Shown here in pieces: positions 10,883-23,600 of a stretch of 64,000 bases of DNA (position 1 is its first letter; the number at the start of each line of letters is the position of its first letter). The position numbers and the translations under genes were made by a program. This DNA comes from a virus (taxonomy: Duplodnaviria > Heunggongvirae > Uroviricota > Caudoviricetes), in IMG/VR virus record IMGVR_UViG_3300002834_000024, positions 160,001-224,000 of that record; one strand, given 5' to 3'. The notes under the pieces are model-generated. The model made no database searches and was not told the DNA's origin. It saw nothing but the letters and a program-made list of their open reading frames with translations.

Positions 10883-12997
10883 ATGATTTTAAACCGTTAT
10901 CAAGCAAATAATAAAAATATAGTATCAAAAATACAGAATTTCAAAATTGTTCAAGCGTTTGACAATGTTGATGCTGGATTTTTTGAATTTTATTTTGATA
11001 AACCACATATGTTAAATGATGGTTCAATGCTTAATATCAGTGATCCTGAAAATTATGATTATAAAATGGATTTATATCCAAATGTACTTAGAGGAAATGC
11101 TATTATCAGATTAAGACCACAAGTTCGGATTGGAATAACAGCAACTATGAAATACAAATGGAGATATGCAGATAATTCCAATGATTGGGTTTTAATGGGT
11201 GGTGGAGGCGCATTGCAAGGTACAGTTGATATTCCTATACCTGGTGGAATGGTTGAACAAGAATTTGTAACTTATAAAGATTCATTAAATCACGTTGGTA
11301 TTGGAGAACCATTTGTTATTCAAATTGGTAGTTTAAATGGTATGATTGCAGTAAAAGAACAACATTCATCAGAGTGGCAACCACTAATAAACCCATCAGA
11401 TTTACCTGATTGCGGTGTTTGGTCAGATCATTCGATAGTTGCTTCTGTTGTAATAAATGATACTTATTTACGAGTAAATAGATTCGATTTATGTAAAAAA
11501 ATTAACATAAAAAGACGTGGGTATGATGATTGTGGAAAATATTATTTTTTCACAGATTATGGTTGGAATCAAACTAAAAATAAATGGTTTGATCACTTAT
11601 ATACATCACCTTGTGAATGTCAAGAAATATGTGCTGTAATAGATAATATGCCATGGTGGGAAGTTTTTGGTGGGTTATTACATAGTAATGAAAGTGGAAC
11701 TGCTTCTTGTCCAGTTGATCCACCACAATCAAATCCAGATGGTATATATGGTGGGGGCGCAATTCAACAAAAACCGAAAGCACCTGAACAATGCGAAATA
11801 GTTTCAATTCAAGTATATAAACATTGTGATGATTTATATGAACCAATTTGTGCAAACAAAGCAAATATTTTAAAACCTGGTTCATCAAATATAGATTACT
11901 CTTTTTCTATTTTAAATGATATTGAATTTGAAAATGTAAGAGAAATTAGAAAATGTTTAGCATTGAATTGTTTAAAATTTTGGCGAGATGTTACAGGTTT
12001 TCAATGTGAAATAGGTTTAGATATGAATTTTGATGTTTCATTAGGAAGAAATGACAAATGGAATACAAAATTTATTGAAGATGAAAAAAAGAAAACAATT
12101 AACCCAATTCTTGATAATGAACGAGTAAGATTTGAACCATATTGGAAAAATGGTGATGATGATTTTACTATGATTAATCATATAAAATTTCAATTAGTTT
12201 TCTTGGATGAAGAAAATAAACCTGATACATGGACAGATGAAAAAACACCAATACCAGAGGATCCAACTTGTTGGAAAACATTAGGATTTATTGATGATGA
12301 TGTCAAATATCAAAAAATGAAATTGAAAAAGTGTTTCCTAAGATTATCATTTTATGATAATAACAATCCAAGTCAATATCTTTTAGAACATTGGAATACT
12401 GTATTTGTTGACATTAATATGATGTTTTCTGATTTTATATATGGAATTAATTCAATATCAGGATTTAATTACAATACAATTCCAATTTCAAAATTCAAAG
12501 ACCCATATACAGGTGAGGATACAGAGGGATTTAGAACAACTTTTCATGTATATAATCCTTATATAAAGAATATTGAAAGAACACCACATCCTGATGATGA
12601 TGAAGCATATCGAAAAGACGGTCCGTTTAATATGAATTATTCCAATACTTCCGATGGTTATTATATTTATTTATATGATCCAGCATTGGATTGTAAATGT
12701 AATCCACATAATGGATATTGGGATCAAATACCAAATGCTTTGTATATGAAATTAGAATTTAATAATGCTAAGACAGGTAAAAGACATTTATTCTTTCATG
12801 GAAAAAATAAGAGTGGTTATGACATGGATCAAGTCTTTTTTGGTGAACAAGCAATTTGGACAAAGATATGGGTTGAATATAATAAAAAATTAAATAAATT
12901 TATTTGGTATCCTGATCCTGAAAGTTCAAATGTTGAACAAGATGAAAAGTGTAAAGATACAATGATATTTAGATTTTGGGAAGCATATGTTAAGTAA
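10883..12997 (+). CDS. Putative structural protein (704 aa)
   Basis: Long ORF tightly packed in the structural operon. Confidence 0.6.
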   Translation: MILNRYQANNKNIVSKIQNFKIVQAFDNVDAGFFEFYFDKPHMLNDGSMLNISDPENYDYKMDLYPNVLRGNAIIRLRPQVRIGITATMKYKWRYADNSNDWVLMGGGGALQGTVDIPIPGGMVEQEFVTYKDSLNHVGIGEPFVIQIGSLNGMIAVKEQHSSEWQPLINPSDLPDCGVWSDHSIVASVVINDTYLRVNRFDLCKKINIKRRGYDDCGKYYFFTDYGWNQTKNKWFDHLYTSPCECQEICAVIDNMPWWEVFGGLLHSNESGTASCPVDPPQSNPDGIYGGGAIQQKPKAPEQCEIVSIQVYKHCDDLYEPICANKANILKPGSSNIDYSFSILNDIEFENVREIRKCLALNCLKFWRDVTGFQCEIGLDMNFDVSLGRNDKWNTKFIEDEKKKTINPILDNERVRFEPYWKNGDDDFTMINHIKFQLVFLDEENKPDTWTDEKTPIPEDPTCWKTLGFIDDDVKYQKMKLKKCFLRLSFYDNNNPSQYLLEHWNTVFVDINMMFSDFIYGINSISGFNYNTIPISKFKDPYTGEDTEGFRTTFHVYNPYIKNIERTPHPDDDEAYRKDGPFNMNYSNTSDGYYIYLYDPALDCKCNPHNGYWDQIPNALYMKLEFNNAKTGKRHLFFHGKNKSGYDMDQVFFGEQAIWTKIWVEYNKKLNKFIWYPDPESSNVEQDEKCKDTMIFRFWEAYVK

Positions 12998-13020
12998 GAA
13001 ATATAAAAAAACAAATAATT

Positions 13021-13953
13021 ATGTTACATGAAGGGGTATTTTATCGAAAATCAAAAACTATACCATTTATTGGTGAATATGTTGCATTAATACGAAATAG
13101 TAATAGGTTTGCATATAGTAATGATGCTGTTACATGGTATGATGATTTTTTACCAACCATAGAAGATTGGTCATCTATATGTTATGGTGATAATAAATTT
13201 GTGGCTGTTGCACGAAATACTGATACCATGATTTATACAAGTAGTAGTACTGGTTGGTCAATAGGTACAATGCCAACTGTTGCTGATTGGGTGTTAGTTA
13301 GATATGGAAATGGAAATTTTATTGCTGTTGCTGATGATGGACAAACAGCACTTTCTGTGGATGGTGTTAATTGGGTATCAGGTGGAAATCTTGGTTATTC
13401 AGGAACACGTGTATTATTATATCTTAATGGTGTTGGATTAGATAGTTTTGTAACTTGGAGTGTACAAAGTGGTAGAATAATGAGAACAAATAATGCTGGT
13501 GTAACATGGTCTGGGGTTGGAAATTCTCAAGCAGGGACTTCCTATGTTAATTGTGGGGCTGATATTGCACCATATAGTCGTTATACTTTTGTTAGACCAA
13601 ATTATGTTAATACTGGTGGAATTGCTTATTTTTCTTATACTGGTAGTATGGGTTCTGGAAATTTTAATGCTTCTTCTATTGATATGGTTTTTGTCAACCC
13701 AACAGCAGTTATGATATGTACTAATGGTAATGTTTATCATTCAACTACTGGTACTTCTTTTAGTCTTGTTGGTACTTTACCATTGACAAGTAATGATTGG
13801 AAAGCATTAATATATGGTGTTAATAGTGCTAAATATGTTGCAATAGCAAAAGATAACACAAATGTTGCCGCATATTCAAGTGATGGATTGAACTGGACAC
13901 AAACCCAAATGCCATTTAATGGTGAGTGGTTTGTGATTGCAGCAAAAACTTAA
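13021..13953 (+). CDS. Beta-propeller (Asp-box/BNR-like repeat) protein, candidate receptor-binding or tail accessory
   Basis: Repeated S-x-D-G-x-x-W motifs (YSNDAVTW, LSVDGVNW, RTNNAGVTW, YSSDGLNW) and YG-x-x-x-F-V/I-A blades. Confidence 0.65.
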   Translation: MLHEGVFYRKSKTIPFIGEYVALIRNSNRFAYSNDAVTWYDDFLPTIEDWSSICYGDNKFVAVARNTDTMIYTSSSTGWSIGTMPTVADWVLVRYGNGNFIAVADDGQTALSVDGVNWVSGGNLGYSGTRVLLYLNGVGLDSFVTWSVQSGRIMRTNNAGVTWSGVGNSQAGTSYVNCGADIAPYSRYTFVRPNYVNTGGIAYFSYTGSMGSGNFNASSIDMVFVNPTAVMICTNGNVYHSTTGTSFSLVGTLPLTSNDWKALIYGVNSAKYVAIAKDNTNVAAYSSDGLNWTQTQMPFNGEWFVIAAKT

Positions 13954-13970
13954 TTAATTTTTTATTGGTA

Positions 13971-15698
13971 ATGGAATTTTATAGTCGAACATTCAACATA
14001 CATAACTTTATATGTCATTCCGTAAATCCAAATATTAGGGTTTTCGTTAATGGATCATGGGTACAAAATAAAACCACAGGTGAATATTATGGTGCTGTTA
14101 TTTCTGATGTTACAAAACCAGGATTAAATCAATCCTATAACCCATATAAAACAATTAGTGTTTTATCATATAAAGATGTTTTAATAATATATAGAAAATT
14201 AGCAAAATTTCAAAAATTTGTTAGATACCTTTGTTTAAGATGTACATTACCAACAAATGCTATTATTGATAAGTATATTGATTTGGCTGATGATTGGATG
14301 ATATATGAAGGAAATACTTTATATCCATTTACATATTATTTAACATCACAAAATATTGATTTTGATACAAATCAAGTAAGACCTGGTACTTATTATCCAA
14401 CAAGTGGAACAACACCATTTATTACTATGGTTATGAATAAATATGGCGGATTAGATACTGTTGTTTGGAAAGGTGAAACACCCGATCCAAATGATAAACG
14501 TGTTGATTTATTTATGCAAGATTATATTGATAATCCAGGTAAACTTGGAAAATTAATTACTGCTGTTTATGAATATAGAGTAACAACCATTAATACCAAT
14601 TCTTCATCATGTGATATAGCATCTGATTTGTTTGAACAAATTTCAGATGATATATTGGGAATGGCTTATAGTTTTCATAATTCCAATCATAATTGTGTGC
14701 CAAAACCAATACCAAATCCTGGTAGTTCTCCAACAAACAGTGCAAATTATAAAATGGATATATTATTATCTAATAATATTGATGATTTGGGAATATTTTT
14801 TGTACCAGCAAATGTATGGAAATGTGGAAAAAGATATGAACCTGGTGATTGTGTAACAATGAATGGGGTTGTATATACACCTTCAAGTAGTTTTGCTGGT
14901 TGGTATAATGAAAAAGCTAATAAAATCTATTTTGATGAATGTGAATTGGATGATAATGGATTTCCGACAGGTGTACTGATAATGAATGGTCATAATTATA
15001 CTAATTTTCAAGCCACAACGATGGATACAGCAACAGCTGTTACATTACAAGCAAGATGGGATGGTCAATTAGCAGGGTTAAGAGCATATCGAAAAGGTGC
15101 AACCAACTGGTTTGATGAAGAAGGTTTTTATAAAGTTGGCGTTAAATTTCATGAAGAAGCTGTTGATGAAAGTGGAAGTATAAAATACGAAAGTTTTATA
15201 ACTAATATTCAACAATCATCACCCGAAGTTGGACATGATATTATAACATATACATATATTATTGACCAATTAAGTACAAATCCTTATCCACAAACAGGTG
15301 TACAATTTAAAGATGAATATCATAGATATAAAATTGGTTCAAGTGATTTTTATTATGATTTTGGTCAAAAATCATACATTGTTTATCAAGCAAAAACATT
15401 AGGAAATTATACAACTGTATATAAAGGTAATAGTGGTATTTTTCCATTTGGTGATCCTGACAGATTTGACTATTTTCCATTATCCAAAATGGATTATTAT
15501 GAGGGATTGGCATTTGAACCAGTTATATATAAAGATGTCAATATTGACAGACAAATCAACAGAGCATGGGACAGACATTTTGCTTTGGGTGAATGTCGAA
15601 CATTTTATCAAGTTCTAAATTATCGGAATGGCGGATTTTTTGTTATCAAAGATTTAACTGATACCAATAATAAGAATGAGATAACACAAAGAAGTTAA
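13971..15698 (+). CDS. Putative structural protein; likely start ATG 13971
   Basis: Long ORF in operon; ATG 13971 follows the preceding stop; short carbohydrate-binding-like motif (WKCGKRYEPGDCVTMNGVVY). Confidence 0.6.
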   Translation: MEFYSRTFNIHNFICHSVNPNIRVFVNGSWVQNKTTGEYYGAVISDVTKPGLNQSYNPYKTISVLSYKDVLIIYRKLAKFQKFVRYLCLRCTLPTNAIIDKYIDLADDWMIYEGNTLYPFTYYLTSQNIDFDTNQVRPGTYYPTSGTTPFITMVMNKYGGLDTVVWKGETPDPNDKRVDLFMQDYIDNPGKLGKLITAVYEYRVTTINTNSSSCDIASDLFEQISDDILGMAYSFHNSNHNCVPKPIPNPGSSPTNSANYKMDILLSNNIDDLGIFFVPANVWKCGKRYEPGDCVTMNGVVYTPSSSFAGWYNEKANKIYFDECELDDNGFPTGVLIMNGHNYTNFQATTMDTATAVTLQARWDGQLAGLRAYRKGATNWFDEEGFYKVGVKFHEEAVDESGSIKYESFITNIQQSSPEVGHDIITYTYIIDQLSTNPYPQTGVQFKDEYHRYKIGSSDFYYDFGQKSYIVYQAKTLGNYTTVYKGNSGIFPFGDPDRFDYFPLSKMDYYEGLAFEPVIYKDVNIDRQINRAWDRHFALGECRTFYQVLNYRNGGFFVIKDLTDTNNKNEITQRS

Positions 15699-15786
15699 AA
15701 AAACATTTTTTAATCTAATTATAGGGTAGTAGAAATCTTTAAAAAAATATAATTTTTACTACATTATTATATAATTAAATTAAAAG

Positions 15787-16728
15787 GTGTCAAGAAGATT
15801 AACAATAAATGAAGTTATTGAAAAAGCCATGAAAATTCATGGTGATAGATATTGTTATGATCTTGTTGAATATAAAAATAATAAAACAAAAGTTTGTATA
15901 ACTTGTAGAGAACATGGTATTTTTTGGCAAACCCCCCACAATCATATAGATATAAAAAGGGGGTGTCCGAAGTGTAATGGCGGTGTAAGATTAACACAAG
16001 ATGAAGCAAACAATAACATTATTTTTAGATTGAAAAATGATATTATTTTAAGTAAACCTTATATTCATAAAAATAACAGAAGTAGATTATATTTAAAATG
16101 TTTAAAAGATGGTTATGAATGGAATACTATATATAATAATTTTGTAAATACTGAAACTGGATGCCCAAAGTGTAGTAATGTAGCAACACTAACACAAGAA
16201 GAAGTAGAAGAAAATATTAAAAAAAGATGTTTAGAAGAAGATTGTATTTTATATAAACCACTCAAATATAATATAATTCAAAAAACAAGATTACATTTAT
16301 TATGTAATAAAGATAAACATAAATGGAGTACAAGTTATAATAATTTTGTGAATTGTAAAACTGGATGTTCAGTTTGTAAACAATCTCATCTTGAAAAAGA
16401 TATATTTTTATTTTTATTAAAAGATAATATAATCTTTGAACAACAAAAAAGATTCAAATGGTTAGGTAGAAAAAGTTTGGATTTTTATTTACCTGATTAT
16501 AATATTGCAATTGAGTGCCAAGGTGGGCAACATTTTAATTCACATAAACGATATGGAGGAGAAATTGGTTTAAACACAATTATGAAACGTGATAAAGAAA
16601 AATTTGAACTATGTAAACAGAATAATATAAATTTAATATATTATTCATATAAAAAACTTTTACCAAAAGAGTATCATTCATTCATTTTTACAAATGTTGA
16701 AAAAATAAAAGAAATTATAAATATTTAA
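15787..16728 (+). CDS. Free-standing homing-type endonuclease (DUF723-like Zn-ribbon repeats plus Vsr/DUF559-like nuclease domain)
   Basis: Three C-x-x-H/D...GCPKC/GCSVC repeats; C-terminal LDFYLPDYNIAIECQGGQH; interrupts the structural operon. Confidence 0.8.
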   Translation: MSRRLTINEVIEKAMKIHGDRYCYDLVEYKNNKTKVCITCREHGIFWQTPHNHIDIKRGCPKCNGGVRLTQDEANNNIIFRLKNDIILSKPYIHKNNRSRLYLKCLKDGYEWNTIYNNFVNTETGCPKCSNVATLTQEEVEENIKKRCLEEDCILYKPLKYNIIQKTRLHLLCNKDKHKWSTSYNNFVNCKTGCSVCKQSHLEKDIFLFLLKDNIIFEQQKRFKWLGRKSLDFYLPDYNIAIECQGGQHFNSHKRYGGEIGLNTIMKRDKEKFELCKQNNINLIYYSYKKLLPKEYHSFIFTNVEKIKEIINI

Positions 16729-16732
16729 TATT

Positions 16733-17653
16733 ATGGCAATTGGCGTGTATGGAATTAACAAGGTAGCTAATGTAGATCCATCAAAGGATGTTGAATTATA
16801 TTATCATTTTAGACCAACAAGAAATTCGTCTGATCCTGAATTTGGTGATAAATTTAAGTTACATTCAAACCCATCAGAATTTTTAATTCAAGCTAAGTAT
16901 CAGAAAACAGGTCAACCTGTTTCTGACAATTTGACAGGTATGTTCACATTAAATTTACCATTATCAGTTTTCAATAAAAAAGGAATTTATACAATTCTTA
17001 TTACACCAAAAAGATGTTTTACCACAATTGCTGATGCACCTGCGGTATTATCAGCCTTTCCTGATGTTAGGGGTGTTATTATTGATTCAAGTAAGGTAAA
17101 AGATTTGACTCCAGCACAAATGGATAATGGACAACTTGTTGGATGGAGAATAGATTATTATGACAGTTCGGGGAATTTACAAGATAATTTTAAAATTATT
17201 ACATCAAACAATTTTGCAGAGGCAATGATGGATAATTTGTCAAATGCAAGTATGAAATCAATATCATACCGATATAATGATTCATCTAATTTAATATTTT
17301 GTACAGTTAGTCCAGGTGCAGCACCTTCACAAAAGGCATCTGCATTACCATACATTGGAGAAACAGGACAACAAATAGCATTAGTTAATACTAAATTTAA
17401 TTCACAAGTTATTGAGATAGAATTTGTTGAAAATGATGCTGACACATTGGCAGCATTAACAATGGGTAGTCAGGCATTAAATCTTGACAAGGGATTATTA
17501 ACAACATATACTGATGATGGTGAAATACTATCACAAGTTGAAATTCTTCAAGTTAAATCGGCATATACAAATAAGGCTGGATATAATTTGAGAATTAAGA
17601 AAGATGGTATTATAGATAGAGCTGAAACATTTGACAATGTTATGCCAGGATAA
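16733..17653 (+). CDS. Putative baseplate-region structural protein (306 aa)
   Basis: Operon position directly before the wedge-like giant gene. Confidence 0.55.
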   Translation: MAIGVYGINKVANVDPSKDVELYYHFRPTRNSSDPEFGDKFKLHSNPSEFLIQAKYQKTGQPVSDNLTGMFTLNLPLSVFNKKGIYTILITPKRCFTTIADAPAVLSAFPDVRGVIIDSSKVKDLTPAQMDNGQLVGWRIDYYDSSGNLQDNFKIITSNNFAEAMMDNLSNASMKSISYRYNDSSNLIFCTVSPGAAPSQKASALPYIGETGQQIALVNTKFNSQVIEIEFVENDADTLAALTMGSQALNLDKGLLTTYTDDGEILSQVEILQVKSAYTNKAGYNLRIKKDGIIDRAETFDNVMPG

Positions 17654-17672
17654 TTCAAATAACATAAGATAA

Positions 17673-20600
17673 ATGGCAGTATATTCAGACTTAAATAAGG
17701 TTATTGGAAGAACAATGTATTCCAAGAGAGAGCGACACCAAACATTGGGCGGTAGTGCTTTATCTGTTATTTATGATACAAACTGGTCGACCGTACAAAA
17801 TTCAGCAATATTTAATGAATATGGCTCTGGTGTTCAAGCTGGAAATTTTCAAATATTGTTTAATAATGATGGAAATACCGGAAAACAGTATAATAATGGC
17901 GATTGGATACGAAATAAAAATGGCGATGGTGCAACTTATAACATATCAGTAAATGCTTATGGACATATTCTATCAGCCACTCCAAATAATAATGGAACAG
18001 ATTACAGGGTTGGTGATAGATTTAGTGTAATTGCTGGTGGTGGTATTGAGGGTCTTGTAGAAATCAGTTCAATTGGACCAAATGGTAGTGTTATAGGTTT
18101 AATTGTAATTGAACCAGGTAGAGGTTATCCAACTTCAACAGCATTGCCATTAAATGATGATTTTTGGTCATTTAATGAACTTGTTTCAGACAGAGTATCA
18201 GAGGATACATTAGCAAAAAATGATGATTGGAAATTAAAATTAGATTTTAAAAACTTAAATAGTTTTGCATTATATGGTTCATTGAGTGAATTAATTAGAG
18301 CAAGTTTTGAAGATATTGTTTTAAAATATCCCGCATCATTGTGGATGATACCAACCAATTTGTCAACTGGGTTAAATTATGAATTACAAAACCCATTTAA
18401 CATAGATGTTTTTACAGAAAGTATGGTTTCAGATAACATAAGAATTTTTATTCCAAATTATCATAAGTATGAAATTGTACAAACACATTGGGTTGAATGT
18501 CATAATTTATGTGATAATCCAACACAATATTCAAAAAATGTTTTAAGTGATTGTATTACTGATATATCAAAAATTGATCCTTCATATAGATATGTTTATG
18601 TAAAAAAACCAGCATATCACAATAATCCACCAAATCCAAATGATCCATTTATCAATGGTTTTATTGGAGTTATTAATGACCCAGTATATGCGGATCCACC
18701 TGGTGGTTTTACTGTGAAAAATAATGAATTAATTGTTACATCGAAAGAAAATTTACTGTTAAATTCATTAAACGCATATTATTATCCTGTCAAATTATTA
18801 GACAGGATTGATATTGAAACAATATTAAGAAATGATTCACCAGCGTTTGCTACTGCATATCCATGTGCAACATGTGATGGACAACCAACAGTAACAGGTT
18901 CTGGTAGTGGTGCAACTGCAACAGTTACAGTTTCAAATGGCGGTATATTGTCAATACAAGTTGTCAATCCTGGTTCAAATTATGATCCAGTAACCACACA
19001 AATAATTATCAATGATCCAACAGGTAGTGGTGCAACTGCTGATCCAATTATTGATAGTAATGGTTCAATAACATCTATTCAACTAACAGCATCAGGTTCA
19101 GGTTATACAAATCCAACTGTAACTATTGTTGATAATACCAATCATAGAGAAGGATATGCGGTTGCTGTTATGGATGATGGTGTAAATGTTATTAATATAA
19201 TTAATGGTGGTTCTGGATATACGGATCCACAAGTTACAATTACAGGGGATGGTACAGGTGCAACAGCTGAAGCAAGAATAAACAGAGGTATTCAATCAAT
19301 TACTGTTACCAATGGCGGTGATGGTTATACTTCTCCAGTTGTTAGTATTACAGATTCAACAGGAACTGGTGCAAGAGGTCAAGCCATATTAGGAAATGGT
19401 AGAATAACACAAGTTATTTTAACAAATCCTGGTGTAAATTATTCAAATAGCCCAATTATAACTATTACAGATCCAACAGGTGTTGGTGCAGTTCTTCAAG
19501 CAAATGTAGATAGGAATATACAATCAATAACAGTAACTAATAATGGAACTGGTTATACTTCACCAACAGTTGTAATAACAGATGGTAGTGGAAGTGGTGC
19601 AACTGCAATTGCGAATCTGGATTGCCGAATTGATACAATATCAATAGTAAATCCTGGTTCTGGGTATATTAATCCACAAGTAGTAATTGATGATGTAAAT
19701 GGTTCTGGTGCGGTTGCGACTGCAATAGCAAATCGTGATATTACTGCAATAAATGTAACAAATCAAGGTCAAAATTATAGAAATCCAAGTGTAGTTATAA
19801 CAGATTCAAATGGATTGGGTGCAACAGCCAATGCTATATTGGGTGGTGATGGTAGCATAACAAGTGTAACAATAGATAATCCTGGTACTGGTTATACTAA
19901 TCCAGTTGCCACAATTCAAGATCCAACAGGTAGTGGCGCTATTATTACAGTTGGTGCAAGTAGGGGTATTGATAGAATAATAGTTACAAATGGTGGCGAT
20001 GATTATACATTACCAACAGTTGTAATCACTGATCCAACAGGTACAGGTGCAACAGCCACGGCTGAAATTGATGATACAATTACAATAATAGAAGTTGTTA
20101 ATCAAGGTTCTGGATATACAAATCCACAAGTGGTTATTACTGATCCAACAGGAACAGGTGCAACAGCTATTGCTGTATCTGATTGGGGATTAGATACAAT
20201 AACATTAACAAATTCAGGTACAAGTTACATAAATCCACAAGTAGTTATTACTGATCCAACAGGAACAGGTGCAACAGCCACAGCAATATCTAATACATTA
20301 GCAACTGTTACTGTTACAAATGGAGGTACTGGTTATATAAACCCAACAGTATCATTGACAGATTCAACTGGTTCTGGTGGAGTTATAACACCAATAATTA
20401 CAGGTGGGGTTATAACAGGATTTACAGTGATTAATCAAGGACAAAATTATACATCGCCAACTATTACAATTGAAGAATCAAGAATTGATAGTATTAGTGT
20501 AACAAATGGTACTGGAAATTATTCTAATCCAAGAGTAAGTATTTCTGATCCAACAGGAACTGGGGCAACTGCAATAGCAATATTTGATGGTGTTTTAAAT

Positions 20601-23600
20601 ACTATTTCAACAATTACTGTTACAAATGGGGGTACTGGATATGTAAATCCAAGAATTATTATTACTGATCCAACAGGAACTGGGGCAAGAGCAAGTGCTG
20701 TTATAACAGCTGGTGTAATTACCTCAATAAATGTGGATAGAATTGGAAATGGATATACTGCACCAACAGTAACCATTGTTGATGAACATATAGATACAAT
20801 TACCATTACAAATGGCGGTTTTGGATATGTAAATCCTTATGTAACTATTACTGACACAACAGGTACAGGCGCAAGAATTACACCAGTTATAACAGGTGGA
20901 GTAATAACAGATTTAACAATTGATGATGGTGGTAGTGGTTATACATTACCAACAATTAATATAATAGAAAATAGAATTGATAGTATTACCATTACAAATG
21001 GTGGTAGTGGATATAGCAGACCAACAGTTGTAATTACTGATATAACAGGTACAGGCGCAACAGCCACAGCATCTCAAACAACTGGTGTTATAGATAACAT
21101 AACATTAACAAATTCAGGTAGTGGTTATACATCCCCAACAATATCGTTTGGTGATGAGATTTCTTCCTTAACTATTGTGAATGGTGGTAATGGATATATT
21201 GCACCTGTTTTAAATATCTCTGATCCAACAGGAACAGGTGCAACTGCAATAGCAACGGTTGATGGGGTAGTTGGTGCAATTTCAACAATTACTGTTACAA
21301 ATGGGGGTAATAATTATGTTGCACCATTAGTTAGATTTATTGATCCAACGGGAACAGGTGCATCAGCAAGTGTTACACAAGTTGGTGGTGTTATCACTTC
21401 AATCACAGTTAATACAAGAGGACAAGGATATACAAGCCCAAGTATAGTAATAACTGATAGATTATCATCAATCAATTTAACAAACGGTGGTAGTGGATAT
21501 GTTTCACCTACTGTAACTATAACAGATCCAGGTGGTATTGGTACAGGTGCGACTGCCACAGCAACAATAGATGGTCAACCAGGTCAAATAGCATCAATTA
21601 CATTAACAAATGGTGGTAGTGGATATAGCAGACCAACTGTTATGATAAGTGATCCAACAGGCACAGGGGCTATTGCAACAGCAATGGTATCTGGTGGTGT
21701 TATACAATCAATAAATGTTACAAACAAAGGAAATGGTTATACTTCGCCAACCATTACAATTGGCGATAGTATTTCAGCAATAAATGTTACAAATCAAGGT
21801 AATAATTATTCAAGCACAGCAAGAGTTACCATAACAGATTCAACTGGTTCTGGTAGTGGTGCTGTTGGTGTTGTAAATGTTGTTGCAGGGAAAGTCATTG
21901 GGGTTTCTGTATCAAGTAGAGGACAAAATTATATAAATCCTGTTGTAACCATCGTAGATAACATGGGAGCTGGAACTGGGGCAACAGCAGTTGCTGTGGT
22001 TGGAACTGGGGCAACAGCCACAGCAACAATAGCAACAGGTGCAATACAAACAATAACATTAAATGCACCAGGTTTAAATTATTCAAATCCACTTGTAACA
22101 ATAAATGATACAAATGGTTCTGGCGCGACAGCAACAGCTGTAATAGGAACTGGTGCTATCTTTACAATTACAACAACAAGTGGTATAATTAATACCGCAA
22201 ACATTAATAATAGAGGGGTAAATTATACATCTCCCACAATTACAATTGGTGATAGATTATCAAGTATTACAATTACAAATGGTGGTTCTGGATATACATC
22301 CCCAACTGTAACTATAACAGATCCAACTGGACGACAATCTGTTTGTGTTGCAACCCAAGTCGCTGGTGTTATAACAGAAATAAGAGTTGTTAATGGTGGA
22401 AATAATTTTACATCTCCGACTGTAACCATTAATGATCCAACAGGAACAGGTGCAACTGCCACAGTAATAGTTGCTGGAACTGGTGGTATAATCAATGCTG
22501 TAATTGGTACAGGTGCAACTGCCACACTTGTTATTGGCGGTACAGGTGCAACTGCCACAGCAACAGTTGCTGGAACTGGTGGAACTGCAACCCCAACACT
22601 TGGAACTGGTACAATAACATCTATTGTTGTTACAAATGGTGGTTTTGGATATACTGCACCAATTGTAACTATTATGGATCCAACAGGCACAGGGGCTATT
22701 GCAACAGCAACAATTACAGGTATAGGTGCGACAGCAACAGCAAGTGTAAATTATGGAGTACAATCTATAACTTTAATCAATGCAGGTAAAGGATATACAA
22801 ATCCAAAAGTATCTATCATAGGTCAAATTGGTACAGGTGCGACAGCCACAGCAACGGTTAATACAGGTATTACAGAAATAATTGTTACAAATCCTGGTAG
22901 CAGTTATACAAATCCAACAGTAACAGTTACAGACCCAACAGGAAGTGGTGTTGTTCTCAATATTATCAGGGGTATTATATCTATAACAGTTACAAATCCT
23001 GGTAGCGGTTATACAAATCCACAAGTTGTTATTACCGATCCAACAGGTTTTGGTGCAACAGCCACAGCAATAATCAATTCTGGTATTGATTCTGTATCAT
23101 TTACACCAGGATTGGGATATTCAAATCCTACTATTGTTGTATCTGATCCAAACGGTTCTGGTGCAACCTTTATTGTTGAAATTAATAGATTTATACAAGC
23201 AATTAATGTTACAAATGGTGGTTCTGGTTATCTTAATCCAATTGTAACAATAAACGACACAAATGGCTCTGGTGCAACAGCCGAAGCTGTTGTTGATACA
23301 ACATTATCATCTATTACAGTTTTGAATGGTGGTTCTGGTTATACATCACCAACAATAACAATAGTTGAAGATTATATTTCAGAAATACTTATTGTAACAG
23401 GGGGTAGTGGTTATACAAACCCACAAGTGGTTATTACTGACCCAACAGGAACGGGTGCAACAGCTAATGCTACAATTGGTGTTTCTGGTGATATAGAAAC
23501 AATTACTGTTACAAATGGTGGTTTTGGCTATATATCACCGACAATAACAATTACTGATCCAACAGGTTTTGGTGCATTAACTATTGCATCAATAGATGGA

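Noticed and set aside
15700-16732. Group I intron around the endonuclease
   Set aside because: Flanking genes have their own stop and start, and the spacers are too short for an intron core; the nuclease is free-standing.
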